The notes under the pieces were generated by a model. It had not been told where the DNA came from. It did not search any database and saw only the letters and a program-made list of their open reading frames with translations. Shown piece after piece: positions 36,958 to 45,854 of a DNA stretch of 64,000 nt; position 1 is the stretch's first letter, and each line of letters opens with the position of its first letter. The stretch is taken from positions 37,798 through 101,797 of IMG/VR virus record IMGVR_UViG_3300043788_000131, one strand, 5' to 3'. The stretch is from a virus. The translations under genes were made by a program, and so were the position numbers.

Positions 36958-37578
36958 TTACGGGTAGAATTCCACCGTGAACCCGAGCAGTGAGACGTTA
37001 TTCGTCGCCGCCGAGGCATCCGCGCACGTCACGGTGATATTGAAGGTGCCGGTGATGGCGACCGAGTCCGTCCCGGCCTTGTTCGCGAGCGGGGACGTGC
37101 CCGAGCCGAAGCCCGAGAGCCAGTAGTTCTCGGCGGTGGCGCTCGTGCAAAGGTAATTGCCGTCGAGTTGCCAAGCGAAGGCCGCGCCGGTCACGGTGCC
37201 GGTAGTGATCTGGGCCGCACCCATCGCCAGGGCGATGGTCTTGGGCGCCGCGTTGTTGGCGACGGTGCCCCAGGCCATGACGCCAAGCTCCTGGCCGGGC
37301 GTCGTGAAAGTGTTGGCCGGGACAGTGTAGGACTGGAGGGTCTGCGTGGTGTTCGTGCCGACCGAATTCACGGTCGCCGTCAACTTGGCAATGTTGCCCG
37401 CCGCGCCGAAGGTCGCCGTACCAGCGCCTGCGACCAGACCACCGCCGTACAGGTCGGTGAACATCGCATTGAGCTTGCTGACGGCGACGTTCCAGGTATC
37501 GCCTTGCTCGACCGAGGTGCCGAGGTTCGGCGGGCCGATCGGCTCGACGGAGTTGCTGTTGATTACTTGCTTTGCCAT
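36958..37578 (-). CDS. Virion protein with the same N-terminal anchor as the 935-aa spike
   Basis: MAKQVINSN.VEP...GDTWN.AV.KLNAMFTDLY; SYTVPANT beta-sandwich. Confidence 0.7.
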   Translation of the reverse strand: MAKQVINSNSVEPIGPPNLGTSVEQGDTWNVAVSKLNAMFTDLYGGGLVAGAGTATFGAAGNIAKLTATVNSVGTNTTQTLQSYTVPANTFTTPGQELGVMAWGTVANNAAPKTIALAMGAAQITTGTVTGAAFAWQLDGNYLCTSATAENYWLSGFGSGTSPLANKAGTDSVAITGTFNITVTCADASAATNNVSLLGFTVEFYP

Positions 37579-37597
37579 TGGGGGCTTTCCTTTCAAC

Positions 37598-37620
37598 AAA
37601 AAAGCCGCCCAAGGGGCGGC
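37598..37620 (-). terminator. Intrinsic terminator-like hairpin
   Basis: GCCGCCC-CTT-GGGCGGC + TTTTTTG. Confidence 0.7.
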
Positions 37621-37896
37621 GCGGGGGCAGCGTGAGGAGGGGTTCAAACCGGCTTTAAAGGCCGTAGATACGATCGTAGGCGTGGCCGATGGCCTCGCGG
37701 AGTTCAAAGGCGTCCTGGGCGTTCAGGACCATTGTGTAGCTCGCCTCGCGTTTCTTCGGACCGACGCGCATGTCGACGGTGATGCTGATGCCCTCTTCGG
37801 GCACTGGCTGGACGTCCCAGGCAACGATCCCGTTGCGGGTGCGGCCGCTGAAGCGCCGGGCGCGATCTCGGGGCATGGCGCTCATGGGTTTTCTGG

Positions 37897-38202
37897 TCAT
37901 GCCCAGCCCTTGCCGTCTGGGACGCCCTGGTAGAGTCCAGGCACCGGATTCCCGACTGTCGGAGCGAGTGCGGCCGCAACGAGCGGATCGGGTCCGCCGT
38001 ACTGCGCGCCCACCGGGTAGACGTTTGTTTGCCTGTTGTAGGCGCCGCGCTGGTATGGATTGGAGAAGAAGGCGCGCTTGGACGTCAGATAGTCGACGTC
38101 CCAGAACTTGCCCTTGGCCCAGCCGGGGTCTACTTCGGTCACCAGTGCCAGGAGTGGCGATTGTTTGGTTGTGACATTAGTCGGTGGTTGGTACCTTGGC
38201 AT
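37897..38202 (-). CDS. Hypothetical protein (MPRYQPPTNV...)
   Basis: Coupled to the downstream 37655..37900 ORF. Confidence 0.5.
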   Translation of the reverse strand: MPRYQPPTNVTTKQSPLLALVTEVDPGWAKGKFWDVDYLTSKRAFFSNPYQRGAYNRQTNVYPVGAQYGGPDPLVAAALAPTVGNPVPGLYQGVPDGKGWA

Positions 38203-38740
38203 GGGACTTATCCAAGACTCGCAACATGCGCAGGCGCTGAAATAAATCGCCTTGCGGCAGTTTGCCGTTGTGCTGTTCGATGTAATCGGCAAGCGCGCGT
38301 AACGCCGCGGGGTCTTCGCGCATTCGCCCGATGGTGAGGTTACAACTCGTGCAGAGCCAACCCCGGAATGCGCCCGTCAGGTGGCAGTGGTCGAAAGCAA
38401 TCCTCAAATCAGTTCTGTTGCAGACCTCGCACGCCTCGGGCTTTGGCCTTCCTGCAGCGGCCTCGCGACGCCTAACTCGGTAATTTATCCGCTCTGCCCG
38501 CCCTTTTGGTGTCTTTTGGCGGGCGGAGTAGTAAGCGCTTCTGTCTGCTTTGCGCTGGGGATCAGCTAGGTACTGCCGCTGATACCTCGTGTGCTTTGTG
38601 CGGCGGCAAATGATGCACTTGCCATCGCCCGTATATCTCGGAGCCACATGCCCTTTGGGGCACGGATTGCCATTAAAATACTGAGTAGCCCCTAGCGCCT
38701 TGGCTTCTTTCCGCGATTTGGGCAAACTGCGAACAGCCAT
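38177..38740 (-). CDS. Endonuclease VII-family (HNH-like) homing endonuclease
   Basis: R.EAK..G...YF.G.PC..GH N-terminus; CEVC...DHCH.TG..RGWLC..CN. Confidence 0.9.
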   Translation of the reverse strand: MAVRSLPKSRKEAKALGATQYFNGNPCPKGHVAPRYTGDGKCIICRRTKHTRYQRQYLADPQRKADRSAYYSARQKTPKGRAERINYRVRRREAAAGRPKPEACEVCNRTDLRIAFDHCHLTGAFRGWLCTSCNLTIGRMREDPAALRALADYIEQHNGKLPQGDLFQRLRMLRVLDKSHAKVPTTD

Positions 38741-38813
38741 GTGACCGCCTCCAACGGTTGAATGGTCAGGGGCGCTTTCGTGTTACAAGCACGACGGCGT
38801 CCCGTTCCTTTAT

Positions 38814-39344
38814 ATGGAGGATCAGATGGAATTGAAAGACTTGCCTGGGATCACTGAGCTTGCAGAGCGCCTTAACCGACTTGACCGGCTTTGCGAGCAG
38901 GATTGGCGAACCGTGGCTCTGAGATTTCCCGGCAGCGAGAACCACTACACTCTCAAATCGCTCTTTTGGCAGCCGGACGAGGCGCTCCGCGCGGCCATCA
39001 AAGAGGAGCGCACAGCGCTGCTGCGCCGGATGAAGGCGCTTGGCGTAACGGGCAAGGAGATTGATGAGTTGCCGCCGATCAATGAGCCAGCCCCGCAACT
39101 GCGGTGGGACACGGGAGCCCTGCGCCAACACTTTCGAGTCGATGGCGTGCTGACGCGAAACGACGTGCTTTGGTGGACGGAGGCCGAGCATGCCATCACC
39201 GACGCGATAAAGGCGGTCGAGAGCATGGGAGCGAGCCCGGCTTTAACTGCTGCCGTGATGTCTCTCACTAGAGCGCGGGAGCGCGTCGCTGATCACGTTG
39301 AGGGGCAAACGCCGCCGCCGAAGGATAGCGGCGCCGACCTATGA
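38814..39344 (+). CDS. Antisense hypothetical protein
   Basis: GGAGG RBS near the start; C-terminal AE.AI.DA..AVE..GA.P.LT.AV..L..AR..VAD.VE helical motif. Confidence 0.55.
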   Translation: MEDQMELKDLPGITELAERLNRLDRLCEQDWRTVALRFPGSENHYTLKSLFWQPDEALRAAIKEERTALLRRMKALGVTGKEIDELPPINEPAPQLRWDTGALRQHFRVDGVLTRNDVLWWTEAEHAITDAIKAVESMGASPALTAAVMSLTRARERVADHVEGQTPPPKDSGADL

Positions 39345-40007
39345 CCCAGCCGAGAGTTCTGCAAAAGCGTCGAGCATTCGCTCGCCTTCCACGAACTCCT
39401 GATAGCGGTCGAATGCTCTAAACAGTCGGCGCATCGTTTCTGCGCGCACGAAGCCGTTCGCGGAGCGTTCCGCCTTTGCCTGCTCCATCCACCTTGTCCA
39501 GCGGTCGAGCCGACTTTGTAGTGGGCTTTTTCTTGATCGCGCGCGCTTCAAAGCGGTTCTCCCGCATCTGGCGGAGCCAGTCGATTTTGGTCATGGCGGT
39601 CCGCTCTTACAACGGCGATGGCAAGGCCGAGGCACAGCGCCAAGAAGGTGGCGAGTTTGATCAAAAACTCACCGCCACACCACCATGCCGGCGCCGGGGT
39701 GCACCGTGATCGGTCGCTCCCCCGCGTTGATAATCTGAACGAACTGGCCGACGTCGCCCGGTTGAAGCACAATATCCACCCTGGGCTCCGGCGGTTTGAC
39801 AACGGCGGCCAACGGCGCCACCGCGAGAAACGAAAACAGTTGCCGTCGCGCAATCATGGCAGGCACCGCTCAAGCAGGTCGGCGGCGTCCTTGCACAAAG
39901 CCGAAAGGTGTTTGGCCCATTCGTTGGTGCCGCCCATCCAGGCGGGCGTATTGTCAGTGATCTTGAGGTTCGCGACCTCGCGCAGCTTGCGGAGGGTTTC
40001 CTGCGGG

Positions 40008-41990
40008 TCAGGCATCGCCGCTGTCGTCGTCGTCGGACGAATCGTCGACTCCACCTGTCGGATCATCTTCCGGTAGCCCCGCGACCGCCCTGGCTTCGAT
40101 CTGCTCTGCGGCCGATGGCTCAATATCGTAGATGCGCGAGCACACGTCAATCAGGTCGTCGTGCGGCGCGAATGGATGCAAAATCGTTTCTTCCATGAAC
40201 ACGCGGGTAAGGTCATACGGTTGTTTGTTCTCGTCCCACCTTTTCAATGGCGCGACGATCCTGTAGCGGGCCTGGAGCTCGAACTCGCGCTGGGCCTTGG
40301 TGAGGCCGCGCACCGGGCGATAGACGATCTGGCCGGGCCGAAAGGGTGAAGACTTCTTGCCCTGGCGGTCTTCGTTTTTCGCATCCTCGGCCGACCACAC
40401 CATCCAATAGCATTGGCTGGCGAACTCACCGATCGGCACGTTGAGGCCGTGCTGGGGCGGGTTCATTTCCGGGTGATAGACGACGTTCGGGATCAGGAAG
40501 CGGCTCCCGCGCATGTCGGGTTCAAGCCGCTCGATGCGGTCCGGCTTGGAATGGCCACCCTGCTTGGGAGTATTGAGCTCCTTGATGGTGAACATGCCCT
40601 CGCGCGGCATGAGCATGTCGTTGATTACTTCGAGATCGACCTGCATGCCGTAACGCTCGTAGCCGACATCGACGTACTGAACGCCGGGGTGACGCTCCCA
40701 CTTGGTCTTGAACGCCATCATGAACTCGAACCTTTCGGTGAGCTTCATGCGATGGCAGACGCCGTCGAGGAGGTATTTTACTCCGCCGGGGTCGATGCCG
40801 ATGACGGCGATCGCGGTGCGGTCCGAGCGCTCGCCGGTGCCTTTCGAGGGGTCCACCATAATGTAGACGTTGAGCACCCTGGGGATGATCTCATATGGCC
40901 GCAGCCAGTGCGGGGAGAATGAGGCCTCGTTGCCGTGGACCGGGTCCAGCAGCATTTGGGCATTCACCGTCTTTCGCCCCTGGTCGCGCTTGATCTTCTC
41001 CCAATGCGCGGCCCCGAGGAGGACAAGGTTGGAGACAGTGCGCCCCTTCTTGTCGATGCGGGTGGCGTGCAGCGACCCGTCGAAGGTCGCCGGATAGATG
41101 CGCGGCTTGGCGCTGCCGCGCTCGATGATGACCCCATAAGTGTCCGCGAAATGGTAGCGTGTTCCCGCTATCCACTTACGGACACCGTGCCGTGTGCCGA
41201 GGTTATCGGCCAATTCAAATCGCTGCGTCGTCTTCTTTAGCTGGAGCTCGGAGAGGTAATCCTGGGTCACCACGTCATCGTAGACGTGCAGGCCAAAGTG
41301 CCTGCCGGTGGGCTGGCCGTCGATCAGTCCGTGGGCCTCGACGGTCGCTTCCTTCGGGCGCCCTTGGCGCTTGACCGTAATGCCGCGCGCGAGACCCCAT
41401 TTCGAGGGTCGGCCGTCTTCGGCGTTACGCGACCGCGGGTTCTCGTAACAGACGTCGGGGTGCGCGGTCTTCAAGAACTCGTTATTTTCAAACTCTTCTT
41501 TGATCTGCCCCAGGAATTCCGTCGCCACGGACTTGTTGACCGAGAAGATCGCGATTGTGAGTTCCGGGTCGCGCAGGATCTCCTGGATTATGCCGCCGGT
41601 GGTGATGATCGAGGATTTGCCGTGAAACCGGGCCCAGAGGTCGATGTGGCCATCCGGTTCGGCCTCTACCTCCCGGCAGCGGTCGAAGATCCAGGGGTGT
41701 AGCAAGTCACCGCGGCCGAGGACGTGGGTAAGCAAGAAGTAGCGGTCATTGCAGTCCATGATCGCTTGGCACCAGCGGTCAAATGTGTGCTCCAACTCCT
41801 TGCCATCGGCGCCATAGACCCCGCTCGGGATCGAACCGTGCTTGACCTCGTCGTACCACTCCAGCGTCTCCTCGAAGTCGAGGTAGGGGAGTTCGTCGAT
41901 CACGCGCTCGGCAACGAGGTGCTGGTATGGGTGGGCGTGAGCGCCCGTGACCTCCTTGGTGAGATAGCGGGCGCCGTAGAGTTGCCCCAT
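40008..41990 (-). CDS. terL: Terminase large subunit
   Basis: Walker A ARFHGKSS, Walker B HVYDDVV, GTRYH coupling motif, RNase H VDPS...D.TAI and HDDLID. Confidence 0.9.
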   Translation of the reverse strand: MGQLYGARYLTKEVTGAHAHPYQHLVAERVIDELPYLDFEETLEWYDEVKHGSIPSGVYGADGKELEHTFDRWCQAIMDCNDRYFLLTHVLGRGDLLHPWIFDRCREVEAEPDGHIDLWARFHGKSSIITTGGIIQEILRDPELTIAIFSVNKSVATEFLGQIKEEFENNEFLKTAHPDVCYENPRSRNAEDGRPSKWGLARGITVKRQGRPKEATVEAHGLIDGQPTGRHFGLHVYDDVVTQDYLSELQLKKTTQRFELADNLGTRHGVRKWIAGTRYHFADTYGVIIERGSAKPRIYPATFDGSLHATRIDKKGRTVSNLVLLGAAHWEKIKRDQGRKTVNAQMLLDPVHGNEASFSPHWLRPYEIIPRVLNVYIMVDPSKGTGERSDRTAIAVIGIDPGGVKYLLDGVCHRMKLTERFEFMMAFKTKWERHPGVQYVDVGYERYGMQVDLEVINDMLMPREGMFTIKELNTPKQGGHSKPDRIERLEPDMRGSRFLIPNVVYHPEMNPPQHGLNVPIGEFASQCYWMVWSAEDAKNEDRQGKKSSPFRPGQIVYRPVRGLTKAQREFELQARYRIVAPLKRWDENKQPYDLTRVFMEETILHPFAPHDDLIDVCSRIYDIEPSAAEQIEARAVAGLPEDDPTGGVDDSSDDDDSGDA

Positions 41991-42008
41991 CGCGCCCTTC
42001 CAAAAAGC

Positions 42009-42033
42009 AAAAGGGCCGCTCGGAGCGACCCTT
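42009..42033 (-). terminator. Intrinsic terminator-like hairpin upstream of terL
   Basis: AAGGGTCGC-TCCGA-GCGGCCCTT + TTGCTTTTT. Confidence 0.7.
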
Positions 42034-42269
42034 CTTTCCCGCAAAATAGAAGGTGCATTAAAAACCTTGTATTTTGCCTAGTTTATTGTCGGAACATGCA
42101 CGGCGGGGTCCCTGTTTTCAGACGGTCGCCGCAGCGAACCGCACTCCCGCATCCCTTCGCTTGCGCTACTTTACCGACTTGCGTCGGTGCGTGAGGAGGG
42201 CGTTCTCACCTCGTTATCATGTTCCGAAGGGCCGCTCGGAAGCGGCCCTTCTTTCCCGTGGTCTGCGGC

Positions 42270-42365
42270 TTACTTCTTGCGGCGCGCCTTGGTGCCGATC
42301 TTGCCGCGCTTGGTCGGCGTCTTCTTGGTCGCCGCGCGAATGCCGCGCTTCTTCGCAATGGGCAT
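42270..42365 (-). CDS. 31-aa Lys/Arg-rich basic peptide MPIAKKRGIRAATKKTPTKRGKIGTKARRKK
   Basis: Read by hand (below ORF-track cut-off); AGGAG RBS; hairpin at 42227-42250 follows the stop. Confidence 0.7.
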   Translation of the reverse strand: MPIAKKRGIRAATKKTPTKRGKIGTKARRKK

Positions 42366-42430
42366 GAAATGCTCCTGTTGCCTCTCCCTTAAATGGGCGA
42401 GTCAGGAAGCCATACCTCACAGTTTTGCGA

Positions 42431-42876
42431 TTACCAAGCCGTATCTGTGGATAGCAGGCCCAGAGCCCCGGTCTCGATGCGCGCGCGCGCCTCCCGGTAC
42501 TCGATCACGCCGCCGTAGAGCGGTCCTGAAATCCGCATTGCGATGCGGTGCAACATCCGCTGCTGTGCTCGGTGTTCGCTGAAATGGCGGCACACGGCGG
42601 CATACTCGGCGATGTGCGCCGGCATTTCCTCACAGAGGCGGAACTGCGGGTCCTCGATGTAGCTTGACCACCAGCCGTCGACGTCCTCGCCCTGGCGCCT
42701 GGAGTGCACTGTCTCGTGCACCATGAGTTCTTGCGGGATCGTGATGCGGCCGGGGTTGTGGATGGTGTTCCCGAAGGTGAAGATGACCGGCCGGCCGCGG
42801 ACCTTGAACTTGGCATCAAGCTCTTTGTAGCGCGGCGGGAACGTGAAAACGACCCGCAAGGGGCTATCTAGCGTCA
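42431..42876 (-). CDS. HExxH metallopeptidase-like protein
   Basis: L.VHETVH.RRQ...W...Y..D..FR...E..A. Confidence 0.6.
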
Positions 42877-42961
42877 TTTGACCCTTGTTTTGTGTGCGTT
42901 TGGGGGCGATAAAGCTGGGGTTGAGCAGCAAATGCTCGCAATTTGGAGGAGATTGAACCTT

Positions 42962-43225
42962 ATGACCACCGCCACAAACAAGACGTTCAAGCGTCGAGAA
43001 TGGTCACCTCAAGAGATCACCCAACTCAAGCAGGCGTCCAAGAAGAAAATCCCGGTCAAGAAAATCGCCAGGACACTGCGGCGGACCGAGGGGGCAACCC
43101 GTCAGAAGGCATTCTCGATGGGGTTGTCGATGAACTCGACGTATGGGAACAGCGGTCGGAAGACCGGCACGACGGGGCGTAACATGCGCACCGCGAACCA
43201 GCGTCGGACCGGCACGCACGGTTAA
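42962..43225 (+). CDS. Small basic HTH/Myb-like DNA-binding protein, antisense
   Basis: GGAGGAG RBS; RREWS.....QLK......P..KIAR.L.RTEGATRQKA..MG.S. Confidence 0.7.
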   Translation: MTTATNKTFKRREWSPQEITQLKQASKKKIPVKKIARTLRRTEGATRQKAFSMGLSMNSTYGNSGRKTGTTGRNMRTANQRRTGTHG

Positions 43226-43764
43226 CGTCGTTCCGCGAGTGCCCGTTCGTAAGCCGAGTAGGACGGGCGCAGTTGGTGTCCCTCCAAGACCCGCTGGTCG
43301 AGGAGGAGTGCGCCGTCCACCCCAGGGGCCGCGGACGACGAGGTCTGCGGTCCCTGGGCCGGCGCCTTGGGCGCCAAGTTCTTCGCCAGCGTCAGCCGCC
43401 AATCGAGCCGCTGCTTCGTGCGGATCAGGTGTTCCTTGTCCTCGACGATGGCTATGGCGCCGTCCTCATTGGTCTTCGGCGTCCAGTCTCGGTCGCCGTT
43501 GTCGGCGATCTCCAGGCCCTCCATGAGCAGGTCCGCACACCGCGCTTCCATCACGTCGCGCATGAGCGCGTCAAAGTCGGGGTGCGTCTTGCGCCAGCGC
43601 ACCAAGGTCGTGGGTTTGGGCATGCCCGGCAGCGCGCAAATGATCCGAAGCGATTCGTTGGTCTCGGCCACGCGATCAAGGACGCGCTCGGCCGCTTCTT
43701 CGCTATAGGTCGAGGGGCGACCCACGCGCGGTGCCTCGTGCACCGGCGGGATGTGATTGATCAT
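43222..43764 (-). CDS. terS: Terminase small subunit (Sf6/P22-like)
   Basis: GRPSTYS...ESLR.IC....MP...T..RW...LEIAD...LAPK. Confidence 0.85.
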   Translation of the reverse strand: MINHIPPVHEAPRVGRPSTYSEEAAERVLDRVAETNESLRIICALPGMPKPTTLVRWRKTHPDFDALMRDVMEARCADLLMEGLEIADNGDRDWTPKTNEDGAIAIVEDKEHLIRTKQRLDWRLTLAKNLAPKAPAQGPQTSSSAAPGVDGALLLDQRVLEGHQLRPSYSAYERALAERR

Positions 43765-43958
43765 TACGCACCGTGGGGCTTGGCAAGGCGGACTGAAGGA
43801 TGTTTGGATACCGCCGCGTTGGCGATGCGAACCGCCTTGCCTTCGTCGCCGCTATCGGCGAGAACCTTGTTGGCGACATCGCTCCACTGTTTCTTTGTCG
43901 CGGGGGTGTTGGCCTTCTTTGTGTGACGAGAAGGCCCGTCATTTGGGGACCAGGGCAT
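43764..43958 (-). CDS. Small ChaB-like helical protein
   Basis: MPWS...KKQW..VAN..L....DEGKA.RIANA. Confidence 0.5.
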   Translation of the reverse strand: MPWSPNDGPSRHTKKANTPATKKQWSDVANKVLADSGDEGKAVRIANAAVSKHPSVRLAKPHGA

Positions 43959-44453
43959 GGGAAACACCGCCATATACGAGATCGGGAAGTATCTTTTGGC
44001 CGTGCCACTCGAAGCTCAGCCGGACCGCATCACCAAGGTGTGGGACATCGTCACCATTGCTGACGGCTATAGTCTCGGCGTAGTGAAGTGGTATGGCTCA
44101 TGGCGCCGGTACTGCTTTTTCCCGACCCAAAGCACCGTGTTTGAGGAGCGATGCCTCAACGACATCGCCCGCTTCATCACAGATCAAACGCGCGAACACC
44201 GCGCGTCGAACCGACGATGAGCGGCATGGAAGAATTCGAGGCCAAGAAATACATCGCGACCGCACGCGCTACAGTCGTGGTCGAGGTGATCATCGGCGCC
44301 TCGTGGGGCGGACAATGTTCGGTGGCTCAGATCGCCAAACAGGCCGCCGATGAGGCCCGCGGCAAGATCCTTAACCTCTTCGCCACGAAGGGCATCCACA
44401 TGATCGGCGAGCCAGTCGTCACTGCCGTTTTCACGAAGGTAGCCGCCTCGTGA
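43957..44453 (+). CDS. Two coupled antisense hypothetical genes (43957..44220 and 44217..44453)
   Basis: LG.VKWYG.WR.YCFFP motif in the first; ATGA coupling. Confidence 0.5.
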
Positions 44454-45144
44454 TCGGCCCGCGCGTCACGGGCGGCACAGCACCGGGGCCGGTATTGCCG
44501 AACGACAAACAGGTCAGAAAGGCCACGGCGTCAGGCAGCCTAGCGCGAAGAAGATGCCCCAGAAAGCGGCGATTAACAGCATCATTTGAAGCCCATTCCT
44601 TGTAGCGCCTCGGGGACGCGACCGAAGATGGCGTTATTGAGAAGCTCGGTCGCGCACATCGCGGCCGTCTTGAGCTTCAACCCCTTCGGGATCAGGATGT
44701 CTTGCTTGGTGATAAGTTTGCCCTCGGCGTAGAGTTCCAGGCGCAAGGAGCTTGTCCCCGCCAGCGGAAGGTCGGTCATGCAGTCCCCCAAAGAATTTAT
44801 TGACGGCGTTGGCGCCGGCATAGCGCTGTGCGGGCTTGCCTACTGCCTGTGGCAGCTATGGCATTAGGTCTTCTTCTCGACCTCGGGCGGTGCCTCGCCT
44901 TTGAGACCGGCGCCGCATCTGGTGCGGACCCGCAGCGGCGAATTTAGGCGCTGCTCGAAGCTCAGCCGCGTATCGTCGAGGGCCAGGAAGAACGTATCGG
45001 AGTGGCGGGCCTTCTCGCATTCCTCGCTCGTGGCAAAGGTGACCCCCGTGCCCTTTGAGCCAAACTCAAACGTCACGATCGGCTGCCCTGATACGGCGTG
45101 AAGCAACGTGACCAGGATGAGAACTGGAGCGGTTGGTTCGGCCA

Positions 45145-45348
45145 TCAGATACCTCCCATGCCCCCCATGCCGCCCATGTCATCGCCCGCGCCGGGCGGTG
45201 TGGCAAGGCCGAAGCCTTCTGGGGCTGCTGGTGTCTGTGGAGGCTTTTTGGCGGCGGCCTTCATCCGGCGCTCGCCTGCGGCGTCCTCGCGGAGGTCTTC
45301 TGGGCTGCCTTCGTAGCCCTTGTGCTTCTTGCTCTTGTGCTTCGCCAT
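45145..45348 (-). CDS. Small basic protein ending in GroEL-like GGMGGMGG tail
   Basis: GGAGG RBS; ...GDDMGGMGGMGGI*. Confidence 0.6.
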   Translation of the reverse strand: MAKHKSKKHKGYEGSPEDLREDAAGERRMKAAAKKPPQTPAAPEGFGLATPPGAGDDMGGMGGMGGI

Positions 45349-45854
45349 TGGCTCAGCCTCCGTGTTCGAGAATGCGCTTCATTTCGAGCGGGTGCTCTGT
45401 GAAGTTGATCGTCACCCCGTAGATCAACAGTTGGCTCATGGCCGCGCGCGGACCGGAGTCGGGCGTCCGAATGAGCAGCCCGTCGTCCGGCCTGATGTAG
45501 ACCTCGCGGCCGAGGCAATCGTGGAGCGTCACGAATTTGTCCGTCATCGAGTGAGCACCGCGATGGCTTTGCTGTAGGCCGCTTGGCGCGCCTCGCGCGT
45601 GCCGGCGTTGCCGTTCTTGGCGTCGATCTCGGCAAAACTCGGCAGCGTCTCACGCTCGGTAGCCATTGCGGCTTCAGGATCGGGCGCGGGTATTTGTGCG
45701 GCCGACCATTCCACGATCTCGGAGTGCCGCACGAAGATGGTCGTGCCCACGGCACAGCGATTGGTCTGGTGATGCGAGCGCATCATCCAGCCATCCGGCA
45801 TTTCGTAGAGGGGGTCGGCATCAAATTCAGTGCCGAAGAGGCGGACGCGAGCCA

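Noticed and set aside
40200-40490. Extra ~80 aa in the TerL nuclease domain as an intein or intron
   Set aside because: No C/S...HN-C/S/T splice motifs and the frame is uninterrupted; more likely a simple loop insertion.
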